Of a stretch of DNA of 64,000 nt, positions 1 through 10,953 are shown piece after piece (the first letter of the stretch is position 1; every line of letters begins with the position of its first letter). The translations under genes and the position numbers were made by a program. This stretch comes from Octopus sinensis. Its lineage: Eukaryota. Where the stretch lies: assembly GCF_006345805.1 (NCBI RefSeq), contig NC_043003.1, positions 106,144,001 through 106,208,000 on the forward strand, in the 5' to 3' direction. The notes beneath the pieces were generated by a model. The model saw only the letters and a list, made by a program, of their open reading frames with translations. It did not search any database and had not been told where the DNA came from.

Positions 1-117
1 TCGTAAAGATATATCCTCGAAGAAGGACAGACCAGCCGATGTGTGAAAATGCTTTGATATGGCATGAGCCAAGTTACTTACAAAAATTCCCCTGCCTAAA
101 TAGGTTCTGTGTCTATT

Positions 118-570
118 TTTTTTTTATTTCATCTAGTTTCAGCTCACGAGCTGTGGCCATGCTGGGGCACCGCCATTTGGTGTTGCAACATAATTTTACT
201 TCACGAATGCTTTTTAGCAATTGACATTTCGTGCATGATAGAGTTTGATGCAGCTGCCCTCATCTGCACCTCCTGCCGCGAAGTTGGTTCATCTGGGACA
301 CCTGACAGGAAGAGGGTCAGCTTTATTTTGAAGACATCTGCATCCACCTCATGCAGGTCTCTCGGGTTCTTCGGGAGGATATTGAAGAGCTGTGGACCTC
401 TGAAGCCCAGGCTATCGCAGTATCTTGTCCTACATCTTGATGGCAAATTTGGAGTCCTTGGCACTACGCAGTGACGCCCAGTTCTAGTATTTGTGTTCTC
501 GATGCCAAAGTTTGGGACAAGTCCTTCCAGGATCTTCCAGATGTATATTATGGCATATCTTTCTCGTCTA
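118..570 (-). mobile_element. Non-LTR retrotransposon (CR1/L2-group) 3' end remnant
   Basis: C-terminal peptide IIYIWKILEGLVPN...GPQLFNILPKN...FKIKL..FLSGVPDEP...RAAASNS, stop, short 3' UTR, A-rich tail. Confidence 0.8.
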
Positions 571-964
571 TTTTACTCTTAGGCAGAAGATCTTTGGTGC
601 GACCTCGGCAGAGTAGAAGACTTGAAGAGTAAACTTTAATGAAACCAGCAGACGGTAATCTGAACCACTGCCGTATTTTTCCTGGGAAAAGTCACGTGTT
701 TTAAAGCTTTATGTGAAATAATGATATAGAGGGCGAGACTCGTCCCATAGGAGAGCACGTGAGTCACAAATGACGTCTGACCATCATCAATAAAATATGA
801 ATCTGGAAATTGAGGTAAAGCAGCATCATAATTAGCACCAAGAACTTGTGTACAACGTATCTGAAGGGAAAACCGGATACTTTCAAAACCGAGACCCTAC
901 ATTTCGAAGCATTGTTTGCATGTATATGCACATTCAGATCTATTTCTGACTCAGGATCCAGATA

Positions 965-1300
965 CAAAAGTATAAAAGCTCTCTTATATCAAATTGAGTG
1001 AACTCAGCAAAAGACATATTTCTAATATTACAAATCCACGATGTTCTTGAGGTTTTGCGTCTCCACTCTTGTAAATTTCTATTCCCCGAACAATAATTAT
1101 TAAAATCACAATGTATTTTTGTTACTGGTCAGCGCTAAATCATATCCAGACAAGTTTATTCAGATACAGTTTGCTCTGTCCATAAAGTTGGCTTTATACT
1201 TCTCCAGTGCTATGAATACTTCACGTTTAGCTAAGTACTTAATTCTCTTATCAATATTGATATCATTTCCGGTGGCCTTGGATTCTTCGTTTATAGGTTT
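965..1300 (-). pseudogene. Decayed Penelope-like element reverse transcriptase fragment (Naiad-like)
   Basis: INEESKATGNDINIDKRIKYLAKREVFIALEKYKANFMDRANCI*IN ... LQEW ... FTQFDIRE resembles the recalled pattern INxEAKxIA..DRI..A..AFITLKDHKxNF..CRLIN..NQW..FIQFDIxEFY; has stops and frameshifts. Confidence 0.7.
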
Positions 1301-1427
1301 ATGTCCTTTCAATACTTTTATGCTACTTTCTCTTTAGGCTATTGAGCTGCGTGGATTTATCATTATTTACTTCACACAAGTTGATAGTCTAATCAGAAAA
1401 TAAATAAGTTTTCAGAAAACTCGGATA

Positions 1428-1478
<51 letters not shown>

Positions 1479-1531
1479 ATACGCATGTACACACACACAC
1501 ATATATATAAACATATATGTATTTGTGAATT

Positions 1532-1569
<38 letters not shown>

Positions 1570-2063
1570 CATACACAATACCAAATATATACGTTTTATT
1601 TATTATTTTGCAATTTACTTAATCATCGGTATATTATTGTTATTTTAATTTTAATATTTCTATTATATGTAATTTTCTAGATGGTGTAATTTAATTGTTC
1701 ATTCTGAATTGATAAAAGTGTTTTTTTTTTTTCTAATTTATATATATATTTGAATGTGTATATGCAATTATATGTGTATATATCAACACATACGAGTTTA
1801 CATATGTGCATATATATGTGTGTGCGTTCGTGTGTATTGATGCTTCTTATGAGTGGCAAAAGTAGTATTAGTTCAAAATAGCAATCTGTGCATCATAATT
1901 ATAGCAAATGCAATGCTTAAAACCTGATAAATTGCTGTATTCGTCACAATATCGCATCTCTGATAGACATATAGAGTTTAAAAAAAACAAAGAGGAAGAA
2001 GTGCACATGTAGCAATGCCACCACCGCTGCTCTTATTTTTTACATTAATCTTAATCTTATTTC

Positions 2064-2108
2064 GGCCAGAGTTCTTTCGTCACACTTCTGTGACCTCATC
2101 AGTGGTCC
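2064..2108 (-). ncRNA. Minimal type I hammerhead ribozyme motif (mirror copy)
   Basis: Reverse strand ggacca-CTGATGA-G-GTCACA gaag TGTGAC-GAAA-gaac-TC-tggcc. Confidence 0.7.
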
Positions 2109-2174
2109 TTTGCTTCTTATTTGTGTGTCTCTCCTTACTAACGGTCAGCCATTTTGTACAAAGAAGAAAGAAAA

Positions 2175-2219
2175 GGACCACTGATGAGGTCACAGAAGTG
2201 TGACGAAAGAAATCTGGCC
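2175..2219 (+). ncRNA. Minimal type I hammerhead ribozyme motif
   Basis: ggacca-CTGATGA-G-GTCACA gaag TGTGAC-GAAA-gaaa-TC-tggcc. Confidence 0.7.
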
Positions 2220-2384
2220 GAAATAAGATTAAGATTAATGTAAAAAATAAATAAAGCTGAAGCAAATTAACACCAAATATATAGTGCATGGGTTTTTATT
2301 GGCTAAACTGGCAAAATGACCGTCCCTAAATACAACAATATCTGTTTCAACACACAATTTCACATCAAGAATCTTGCAAAACAA

Positions 2385-2491
<107 letters not shown>

Positions 2492-2686
2492 TAGTTGAAT
2501 GAATTATCCTAGTATGGATAATTCGGTTAACCGATACCCGGGTAGCAAATTCACGTCAGAAAAACACGGTTGAAGCTACATGCCAAGGGCAGAGATCACG
2601 TGCTTTCGTGTGGAAATTTGTGTGTTTTTTTTAATACAAATAAATTAAAGAATGGAGTTGAACGACGATTTAACAAAATTCCTTTA

Positions 2687-2768
2687 TTCTCGACATATGT
2701 TTCGAAGACTGCATTTTCCTAATTTCGAAGGAATAAGGGGTGCATTATGCCGCCTTCTCATCAGGAAA
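2687..2768 (-). ncRNA. Type I hammerhead ribozyme motif with long stem II
   Basis: tttc-CTGATGA-GAAGGC...GTCTTC-GAAA-C ATAT G-TC-gaga; palindromic loop III; decayed paralog at 49431-49494. Confidence 0.8.
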
Positions 2769-2833
2769 GACAAGGAACTTATGTCAGCATCATGATGAAC
2801 AAAAACTTTTAGATGACTGCCCACACGGAGTCC

Positions 2834-2894
<61 letters not shown>

Positions 2895-2902
2895 GTATAT
2901 TT

Positions 2903-3292
2903 GCCACTCAAATGTGGCTAACCACTAAGGGTGGATGCTACTGTAGCTTGTAACCCCAGGAGAACATACTGACAGGGCACAGAATACTGATAGGGCACAG
3001 AATACTGATAGGGCACAGAATACTGATAGGGCACAGAATACTGATAGGGCACAGAATACTATAGGGCATAGTAAGTGTGTCAATAGCCAGCTGTGCGTTT
3101 CGTAAAAGGCGGTTGAAAGAGGGTCGAGGTAGGATTTGCACTCCGACCTCGTAAAACCCCCAGCAGCAACGACTGCCCGAACAGACCCAAATGATGGAGG
3201 GTCGTCGACTAAGTGGTGTAAAAGTGCCATCCACCGGAAGTAGGGAATCACCAACAAACGCTGGATGCAGCGACATACTGTTACAGCGCTTG

Positions 3293-3327
<35 letters not shown>

Positions 3328-3337
3328 CACCACCACC

Positions 3338-3380
<43 letters not shown>
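2903..3380 (+). mobile_element. Unclassified retroposon-like repeat with internal 18-bp tandem repeat and (ACT)n/(ACC)n tail
   Basis: About 5 x GGGCACAGAATACTGATA at 2967-3069; trinucleotide tail 3293-3380. Confidence 0.45.
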
Positions 3381-3381
<1 letters not shown>

Positions 3382-4053
3382 ATATGAGTATATATATGTA
3401 TTGTGTGTGTGAGTGAGTGTATACACGTATGTACATACGCAAAACACGAACATTTGTGTGTGTGGATATGCATATATATATATTTCTATATTTATAGATT
3501 GTTTACATATACATCTTAAAGATCGACATAGCTATGAAAAATGTATCATCCTTATGCATTCGTGTGTGTTTGTCTACAATAATATAATCACAAAAAGATG
3601 CGCTAGAGACACACTAGAAAACTCTGATGACTATATTGTAGTAGCATAGTTTCCTAAATCTTAATTATTCCAAAACAGTTTAAAATCTCTTAATAGATAT
3701 CTAATAACCCCTCACCAATTTGAACCTCAATCGGATCGATGATGTGTGACCAACTGGTTTATATAGAAAAATTTGTAGGGAATATTAAAACAACAAAATC
3801 GATTTTCCTTTGAAAAAACCTTTTACACATTTACTTCTACTCTTAACTAAATCCCAAACAATAAAATCCCCTTATCAAACCAAAATAAATCTCCACATAA
3901 TAAAATTTCCATCAACTTGCATCTTACAAACAATCTTCCTTTATCACCCCTTCTTACAGAACTATTTCTCCATTCTGCTGCACCTAATTATCATTTTACA
4001 TAGCTCCATCTACTAAAGAAAGCAATTCTGCAATATGTATGATTAATAATATA

Positions 4054-4386
4054 TCTTCATATATAAAAGTGAGGTTAACCAAAACCGGGTATCTTATAGT
4101 CATGATTCATATCGAGCCCTTCTGGGTATTAGCGCGCGTCTACGATGAGTCTACGATTAAAAAAAAATTGACCATCAATTTTTCCCATTTTTAATGCATT
4201 TTTGGCATATATAAGGGAAGTAACTCTCTAAAAATTTATTATTAAATCTCAGAACGTAAAAAGCTACAGTAACACACCCCCTTTGTGGTTAGCCATATTG
4301 AGATGGCTATTATACTTTATATCTCTAAAAATGCTTATATAGTTATTTCCCTTACAAACCCGAGCAACGCCGGGCGATACTGCTGG
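4054..4386 (+). mobile_element. Non-autonomous Helitron, family 1
   Basis: a|TC start, subterminal hairpin CCCGAGCAACGCCGGG, CTGG|t end, no TSD; four copies in window. Confidence 0.8.
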
Positions 4387-4904
4387 TATTCCATAAATAC
4401 GAATTGCAAAAGAATTATTCAGTAAACAACCGTTTATTCTATGTTTGGGTTCAACCCAAACTCTCAGCCTCAGCCATTGTTTTCTAGCCCCCCCCCTATT
4501 CTTGTTTTCATTTATTCACATATCTTGTCTCCTTTCACTATAATTTATAATTTCCCCCCCTTTTTCATCCCGCACAATGAATCATTAAGTGAATGTCCTA
4601 AACTCGTCAACCCAACAGATCTCCATTTCAAAAGACACCACTTCACAATTCAAGTCTACACTGCATTGTATATATCCGACACATAAATCAAGCCCAAACA
4701 TATAAGCAGCACCTTGGACTAAAGGTTTGCAGTTTAAGGAAACTGACCCACGGGGAAGCTTCAGTCACTTTCAGCCTTTCCTAGGAAAAATGATGTAGGT
4801 ATGCATCGTCAGTCAAACCGTCCAACCCATGCCAGCATGGGAAAGGGACGATGATGATGATGATATGTGTGTGTGTGTGTGTGTATACATACATATATAT
4901 ATAC

Positions 4905-5050
4905 TGTGTCACACTGAATCTCCCCGAGAACTATGTTAAGGGCACACGTGTCTGTGGAGTGCTCAGCCACTTGCACGTTAATTTCACGAGCAGGCTGTTC
5001 CGTTGATTGGATTAACTGGAATCCTCGTCGTCGTAACCGACGGAGTGCCA
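4905..5050 (+). mobile_element. 3' part of tRNA-Arg-headed SINE family A
   Basis: Matches reverse complement of 29497-29640. Confidence 0.75.
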
Positions 5051-5367
5051 CGATATATATATAAAAGGTGCAATAAGCAACTTTAAATGAAATATAGTCA
5101 TGTACAATAATTTTTTACATGATTTTTTTACACTCGCTCATGGAAAGACAATTCGCGACGGCATGAACTGTCTTGAGAGAAGAAAATCTCCTCAGAGATT
5201 ATATGGCTTTAAACTCACCGTTAGATCATGAATGAAATTATCGAATCATAACATGTATGCGTTTCTTCCTCTTTACGCCTCATCAGCTAAGTATACAGAG
5301 CCGTTGTTCATGATAGTCGCTCTTATACAAAAATAGCAAATGGTACATTTGCTGATATTCGGTGAGC

Positions 5368-5579
5368 TTTGTCAAGCTGGAATTAATCAATTAGAGACTC
5401 ATTAGGCAGCGTTGAATGCGACATAGTTATGTACAGTCATATTTCACATATTCGTGCGGTGCGACGTATCAACTTTCTATATCTTGTGTACACGAACGTC
5501 TTAAATATGATTGTACCCAAAATAATTCATTCAACGCTGTTTAGTGAGTCTCTAACTTAATTAATTCCAGCTTGACAAA
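5368..5579. mobile_element. MITE/foldback element with long imperfect inverted arms
   Basis: TTTGTCAAGCTGGAATTAAT...GCGTTGAATG pairs with CATTCAACGC...ATTAATTCCAGCTTGACAAA. Confidence 0.75.
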
Positions 5580-6201
5580 CTAATTCCTCCTTTTGTTATC
5601 ATTCAGCTGCTGACCAAACCCGCTCCAGCAGATTTGTAATAAAAGACGTTACAGCCATGGCCTCTCGATCTTTTATTAATAGTTCTTATCTTTTATAAGA
5701 AGTGAGAGTTGAGGGAGATATATCTGATGCTTCGAGAAGGTGGAGCAGGTGCATTGAGTCGTTCTCGTCATCTCGGACAGATAAAAGTACATCAGAAATA
5801 ATTAATTTCAGAATCAATTTTCCTATACTCAGCTCAGAAGGCTGCAAGTAACTAAGCCAATGGAGATTAATGAAGCTTAACGCCATTGCATTTGATCTAT
5901 AGTGAAGAAACTAACAGGAAAAATACGGAGCCTAGTTCGCTCATCATCAGTCTATTCTGCTTTTGTTGTTATTGTTTAGAACCAGGTTAGCACAGAATGG
6001 TCAGAACTATGATTAAAACGAGCTTCGATCATAAAATCGGACATGAGAATGCCGAATAATCAGAATATTAAAAGCTTGAAACAATCGAGTATTCAAAACA
6101 ACGAATTTTGAAAGATTTTTAGAGAAAGATGATACGAAAATCGACCTTTAAAACATCGACCGTTTAAAAGGGAATTTATTATAGAAACATCTTGTAACAT
6201 A

Positions 6202-6626
6202 TTTACTCTTTACTCTCTTTTACTCTTTTACTTGTTTCAGTCATTTGACTGCGGCCATGCTGGAGCACCGCCTTTAGTCGAGCAACTCGACCCCGGGACT
6301 TATTCTTTTTGTAAGCCCAGTACTTATTCTATCGGTCTCTTTTTGCCGAACCACTAAGTGACGGGGACGTAAACACACCAGCATCGGTTGTCAAGCAATG
6401 CTAGGGGAACAAACACAGACACACAAACACACACACATACATATATATATATATACATTTATACGACAGGCTTCTTTCAGTTTCCGTCTACCAAATCCAC
6501 TCACAAGGCATTGGTCGGCCCGGGGCTATAGCAGAAGACACTTGCCCAAGATGCCACGCAGTGGGACTGAACCCGGAACCATGTGGCTGGTTAGCAAGCT
6601 ACTTACCACACAGCCACTCCTGTGCC
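6202..6626 (-). mobile_element. Major tRNA-derived SINE (about 420 bp, internal TA/TG microsatellite)
   Basis: Head with A-box-like TGGCTGTGTGG and B-box-like GGTTCAGTCCC, central CTTGGGCAAGT, (GAGTAAAA)n tail; about 20 copies or fragments in window. Confidence 0.9.
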
Positions 6627-6679
6627 TACTAACTTTTTTTTAATAATGCTACATCAGAAATATTTTTGAAGAAAAACAG

Positions 6680-7800
6680 AAATTATTTGAGGAACATATG
6701 ACTTAGTTATGGGTCCAAATGGATAACGAAAGTTTAGAAACAATTCCGGACATCATAAATTTACCAGATGGCACCAACCTCCACGTAACCGTTGAGGGTA
6801 GAGAGCCGAGGTGTCATCTGTGTGGGGACATAAATCATCTGCAGGCTTTCTGCTCATCCTAAATAGAAAACTTTAGGCCCATAATGCTACCGAATACAGA
6901 TTTCAAAATGTTGGCCTAAGTGTTAGAAAAGAGGTTGGCGCTTGTCTAGGAACTGATTTGTTATGCGCAAACATGTGCAATCCCAAGTAGGTCCGTCCAC
7001 GACAACCTCCACCTTATGCGATACATCATAGACATAATGAGTAAAGAAGCTGGCATGGGTGAGGCCCTGACCCCTTTGGGTCAGTTTAAAGCCTTTGATA
7101 AGGTCGACCACTAGTACTTGGCGGCCGTTCTCACGGCGGGCGGTTTCAGTTCTGTTTTCCGTGGCTGCAATGTACAGCGACGTCTGCTCGGTAGTTCGGG
7201 TGAATGGTTACCTGTCGGAACCATTCAGCGTCGTACGTTCGGTCCGTCAATAGAGTCCGCTCTCGTCTCTGATGTATGTACTGTCTCTAGAGCCACTACT
7301 ACGGGGATCGGAGGCGTTGAGAGGCATCCCGCGTGAACTAGAACGTGGGAGAACCGTGTCAGCATACATAAACGACATCACTGTCACAGTGTCGAACAGC
7401 AAACAGATGGTCCTGGTCGGCACTGCTTTCAAGGAAACGAGCAAAAATTAACCAAGAGCAGTCAGTGGGCCTGCAGCTCGGCACCTGGGAAGGCAGAACC
7501 ATGCCGTCCAGTAACATCGTGGGACGCTGGACGGAGGGGCCGGTTAAATTGTTCGGGATCTAATTCGGTCCAGGTCTCCAAATGAAGAAGAACTGGGACG
7601 AATTGACGAACAGGGTGGCCAATCTCACCCAGAAATGGGCCGAGAGAATGCTACCCCTGAAAGGTCGAACAGAGGTGGCGAATGCTTACATCACCTTCGT
7701 CATATATTACTGCCTAACTGTCGTGCCTAGCTCCAATTTACGTCTGACCAAACTGGGGAGCGTACTCTTTCACCTTCCACGGAAGGAACGCATTCCAACA
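6680..7800 (+). mobile_element. Decayed L1/Tx1-type LINE remnant
   Basis: CCHC knuckle CHLCGDINHLQAFC (6812-6853), then RT motifs NFRPIMLPNTDFKMLA, KAFDKVDH, AYINDI, and QKWAERMLPLKGR; stops and frameshifts. Confidence 0.8.
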
Positions 7801-7817
7801 GGGTTCGCTACCACACT

Positions 7818-7947
7818 CTGCCAGAGCCTCGTGGAGCTTTAGGTGTTTTCGCTCAATAAACACTCACAGCGTCCGGTCTGGGAATCGAATCCGCTATCCT
7901 ACGACCGCGAGTCCGCTGCCCTAATCACTGGACCATTGCGCCTCCAT
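7818..7947 (-). mobile_element. 5' part of tRNA-Arg-headed SINE family A
   Basis: Matches 29745-29876; tRNA-like head with GGACTCGCGGTC and TTCGATTCCC. Confidence 0.8.
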
Positions 7948-8016
7948 ACATATACATATATTTATATATCTATATATATGCATGTATATACATATATTTA
8001 TATATCTATATACAAT

Positions 8017-8080
<64 letters not shown>
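8017..8080. repeat. (GATA)n microsatellite
   Basis: Direct observation. Confidence 0.95.
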
Positions 8081-8109
8081 TTTTTTCAAAATGTAACCAC
8101 ATGTGAGAT

Positions 8110-8285
8110 CGTTGGTGATTTTTTCCCCTCCGTCTTCCTTTCTATTGGACTTTACTCTATTTATGAAGAAGAGGTAAACTCGAAACGTTAAACTATCTTT
8201 CTTTCCTTCCCTGAGCGTCTGCTAATACTTTTCATGTACCACGTCCTCACGTTGTTTTTTGTTTGTTCTTCGTTTGTTTTTTGGG
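8110..8285 (+). mobile_element. Short dispersed repeat containing a hammerhead-like motif (copy 1 of 3)
   Basis: ttt-ATGAAGA-A-GAG gtaaa CTC-GAAA-CG-TT-aaa; homologous to 12500-12665 (-) and 24280-24450 (+). Confidence 0.7.
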
Positions 8286-8308
8286 AGGGATTTACTAGAT
8301 ATATATAC

Positions 8309-8393
<85 letters not shown>

Positions 8394-8467
8394 TGTGTGT
8401 ATACATATGTATATATATATATATATATGTGTGTATATATATATGTGTGTGTATATATATATGTGTG

Positions 8468-8540
<73 letters not shown>

Positions 8541-8552
8541 TGTGTGTGTGTG

Positions 8553-8585
<33 letters not shown>

Positions 8586-9206
8586 ATGTGCAAAGAACAA
8601 TAAGAATTACATTAAGATACTTTCGGAATATACAGACTACATAAAAATGTTTACTATGCGTGTATTTGTCCTCTGAACGCCCTCATGATTTTCCTTACAA
8701 GGGTCTTTGTAACATGGAAAGATTGCTTATCTGGAAAAGTTCCTTAGACCCCGCTACATGTTTAAATTCAAGAACTGCACTCTTTGGATCATGCCGATAT
8801 GTCACAAATTACCTTTTTACGGTTTGGGGACCCCTAGATCACGGCCGGAGTCCACATTTCTACTAAGTTCCTGTACAAATATTCCCATACGTTTTAACTC
8901 CCATTAATTTATAATTTTATTTCTAATATTTTTATTTTTGTTTTTTTTGTATATATTTTTCATAAATTTTTCATATATTTTTTTCCTTTTATATGTGTGT
9001 GTGCGCGTGTATGTATATATATATATGTATATCTATATATATTATATACGTGTGTATACATGTGTGTGTATGTATGTTTGTATATATATATATATATATA
9101 TATGTACGTATAAATATATGTCTATATATGTGTGTTATGTTACGTGTATGCATGTAAGCACCTATGTGTATATGATGATGAGGTTACGTATATATATATA
9201 TGTATG

Positions 9207-9242
<36 letters not shown>

Positions 9243-9243
<1 letters not shown>

Positions 9244-9536
9244 TAGCAGTATCGCCCGGCGTTGCTCGGGTTTGTAAGGGAAATAACTATAGTAACATTT
9301 TAGAGAGTTACTTCCCTTATATAACCCGAGCAAAAATCATTAAAAATGCGGAAAAATTATGGTAAATTTTTTTTTTAATCGTAGACTCATCGTAGACCCA
9401 GAAGGGCTCGATATGAATGACGACTGTAAGATACCCGCTTTTGGTTAAACTGCACCGCAAAATGTGGGAGTAGTTAGGAATCTAAATCGGAGGAGACAGA
9501 GTCTCACACACACAACTTGAATTTTATATATAAATA
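9243..9536 (-). mobile_element. Non-autonomous Helitron, family 1
   Basis: Same hairpin + CTAG terminus and body as 4054-4386. Confidence 0.8.
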
Positions 9537-9743
9537 TATACACGTGTGTGTGTACATGTATGTATACATGCTGGTGTGCGTCTGTACGTATGTAGACGTT
9601 ATGAACGCAGATGTTTTGTGTCTGTGTAGCTTCTGTCGCCAATTAATAACCGACGGGAATGTAGCGTAGCTTCTCGCTCCGACTTTCGAAACTCTGAGTA
9701 CTAATAATGACAACCCTTTACTGTTTGCTCTATGATATATATA

Positions 9744-10606
9744 CTAGATGATGTACCCGGTAATTCCCGGGAAAACGGGGTTTATCCCTTGGTTCCGTTC
9801 TCATAATTGTTTCGCTAATCCAGTAACAACAATACGAAGTATGTAGCCCTTAAAACGGTTTTTGTGCATTTACAGAGAATACCGAACTGTCTTACACAGG
9901 ATCTTGTTTCTAGGAATTTCCAATAAGTTATGAAAACCCAAATAATGAAGTCACTTATGTAATAACATGAAATTAGTTACCTGATAGTAAGAATTCAGAT
10001 AAAGTAGCCTCCAAAAGGGCTTTAATGCATTCTCAGAGTATATAGAACTTAGGAGGAAATACTAATAAGGTATGCATACTAAAATCATGAAGCATGTTAC
10101 ATAATAACAGGCTAATCAGATATGAGATGATAACAATTCAAAGTAAATAGCTCTGAAAAGGGGTTTTGTGCATTCCTGGAGAATATTACCCTCAGCGGTG
10201 CTAGTGTTGGTATATTCGTAAATAAATCACTAACCGAAATAAGTGGATCTATTGTTTAGGAAAATACTATTTACTTGTTTAAGGGTTGTACTGGATAAAT
10301 TGAGAAAATAACTCTAACAGTTCAAATACTAAGAAATAAGTATACTCAATTTCATTTATACCAAATGATTTAGGAATATGAATGGGTTAGTTCACTTGGC
10401 TTTTAAAATAAAATATATTTATATAAAAGGATCCTTTCCAGGGGGCTCTATTATCGATTTTGTCGACAATCTGAGAAGGCCATGAGGTTTTCAGACATGA
10501 GTTCTAGTCACGTGTCAAGTTTCATCAAAATCAATAAAACGATGTAGGAGGAGTTAGCTAACAACTCCACAAACACACCCACAGACAGAATTTCCCACAA
10601 ATGTAG

Positions 10607-10610
<4 letters not shown>
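9744..10610 (-). mobile_element. Non-autonomous Helitron-like element, family 2, with about three diverged internal repeats
   Basis: Minus-strand end CCCGGGAATTACCGGG...CTAG|t; recurring TAGC...GG.TTT.TGCATT units at about 9845, 10005, 10150. Confidence 0.55.
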
Positions 10611-10650
<40 letters not shown>

Positions 10651-10782
10651 AACAGAGGTCATAAAGGTACAGAGGGTACTGACTAGCACCACTTGTGCTA
10701 AAATGACGGTTAAATTAACTCCAAAGCCACTAAAGCACTGTAGTTAATGACTGACAGGGGGAGATAAGTCCCTAGCGTATGT

Positions 10783-10838
10783 AACCGTATCGCGATTTCG
10801 CATTTTGGTGTAGACCACCTTATTTCTCATCAGTGGCT
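10783..10838 (-). ncRNA. Hammerhead ribozyme motif (tandem copy)
   Basis: gcca-CTGATGA-G...GGTG gtcta CACC...C-GAAA-T CGCG A-TA-cggt. Confidence 0.6.
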
Positions 10839-10897
10839 CTTAACGCCAGTGATTAAACTCAACCTCCTTTGTCAATCTTATAAGAAAAATCGTTGAA

Positions 10898-10953
10898 AAC
10901 GTACTAAGTTTCAAAACAGCGAAGTGTAGACCACCTTAATTCTCATCAGCGAC
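10898..10953 (-). ncRNA. Hammerhead ribozyme motif (tandem copy)
   Basis: tcg-CTGATGA-GAA...GTG gtcta CAC...TTT-GAAA-C TTA G-TA-cg. Confidence 0.6.

Larger units (their letters stand above)
2033..2250. repeat. Long inverted repeat (about 85-bp arms) carrying a hammerhead motif in each arm; Penelope-like pseudo-LTR-type structure
   Basis: 2033-2118 is the near-perfect reverse complement of 2162-2250. Confidence 0.9.

Noticed and set aside
2935-2962. Minus-strand GGTTACAAGC resembling a twister ribozyme loop
   Set aside because: Could not find the other twister elements or pseudoknot partners
3623-3650. CTGATGA followed by CTAT/ATAG stem
   Set aside because: No GAAA after the stem
5250-5290. 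Minus-strand CTGATGAG...GAAACGCATA
   Set aside because: Stems I and II do not pair; at most a heavily decayed motif
6398-6643. Recurring peptides such as FSFRLPNPLTR..YSRRHLPK and LQLDALPNANH
   Set aside because: Translations of SINE copies, not a gene family
8188-9365. ORFs rich in YI/HT/CV repeats here and throughout the track (also 19759-20396, 2938-3453)
   Set aside because: Translations of (TA)n, (CA)n and trinucleotide microsatellites
9640-9705. CCGACGG-GAA...TTC-GAAACTCTGAGTA hammerhead-like string
   Set aside because: Two core substitutions and a broken stem I; too degenerate to call
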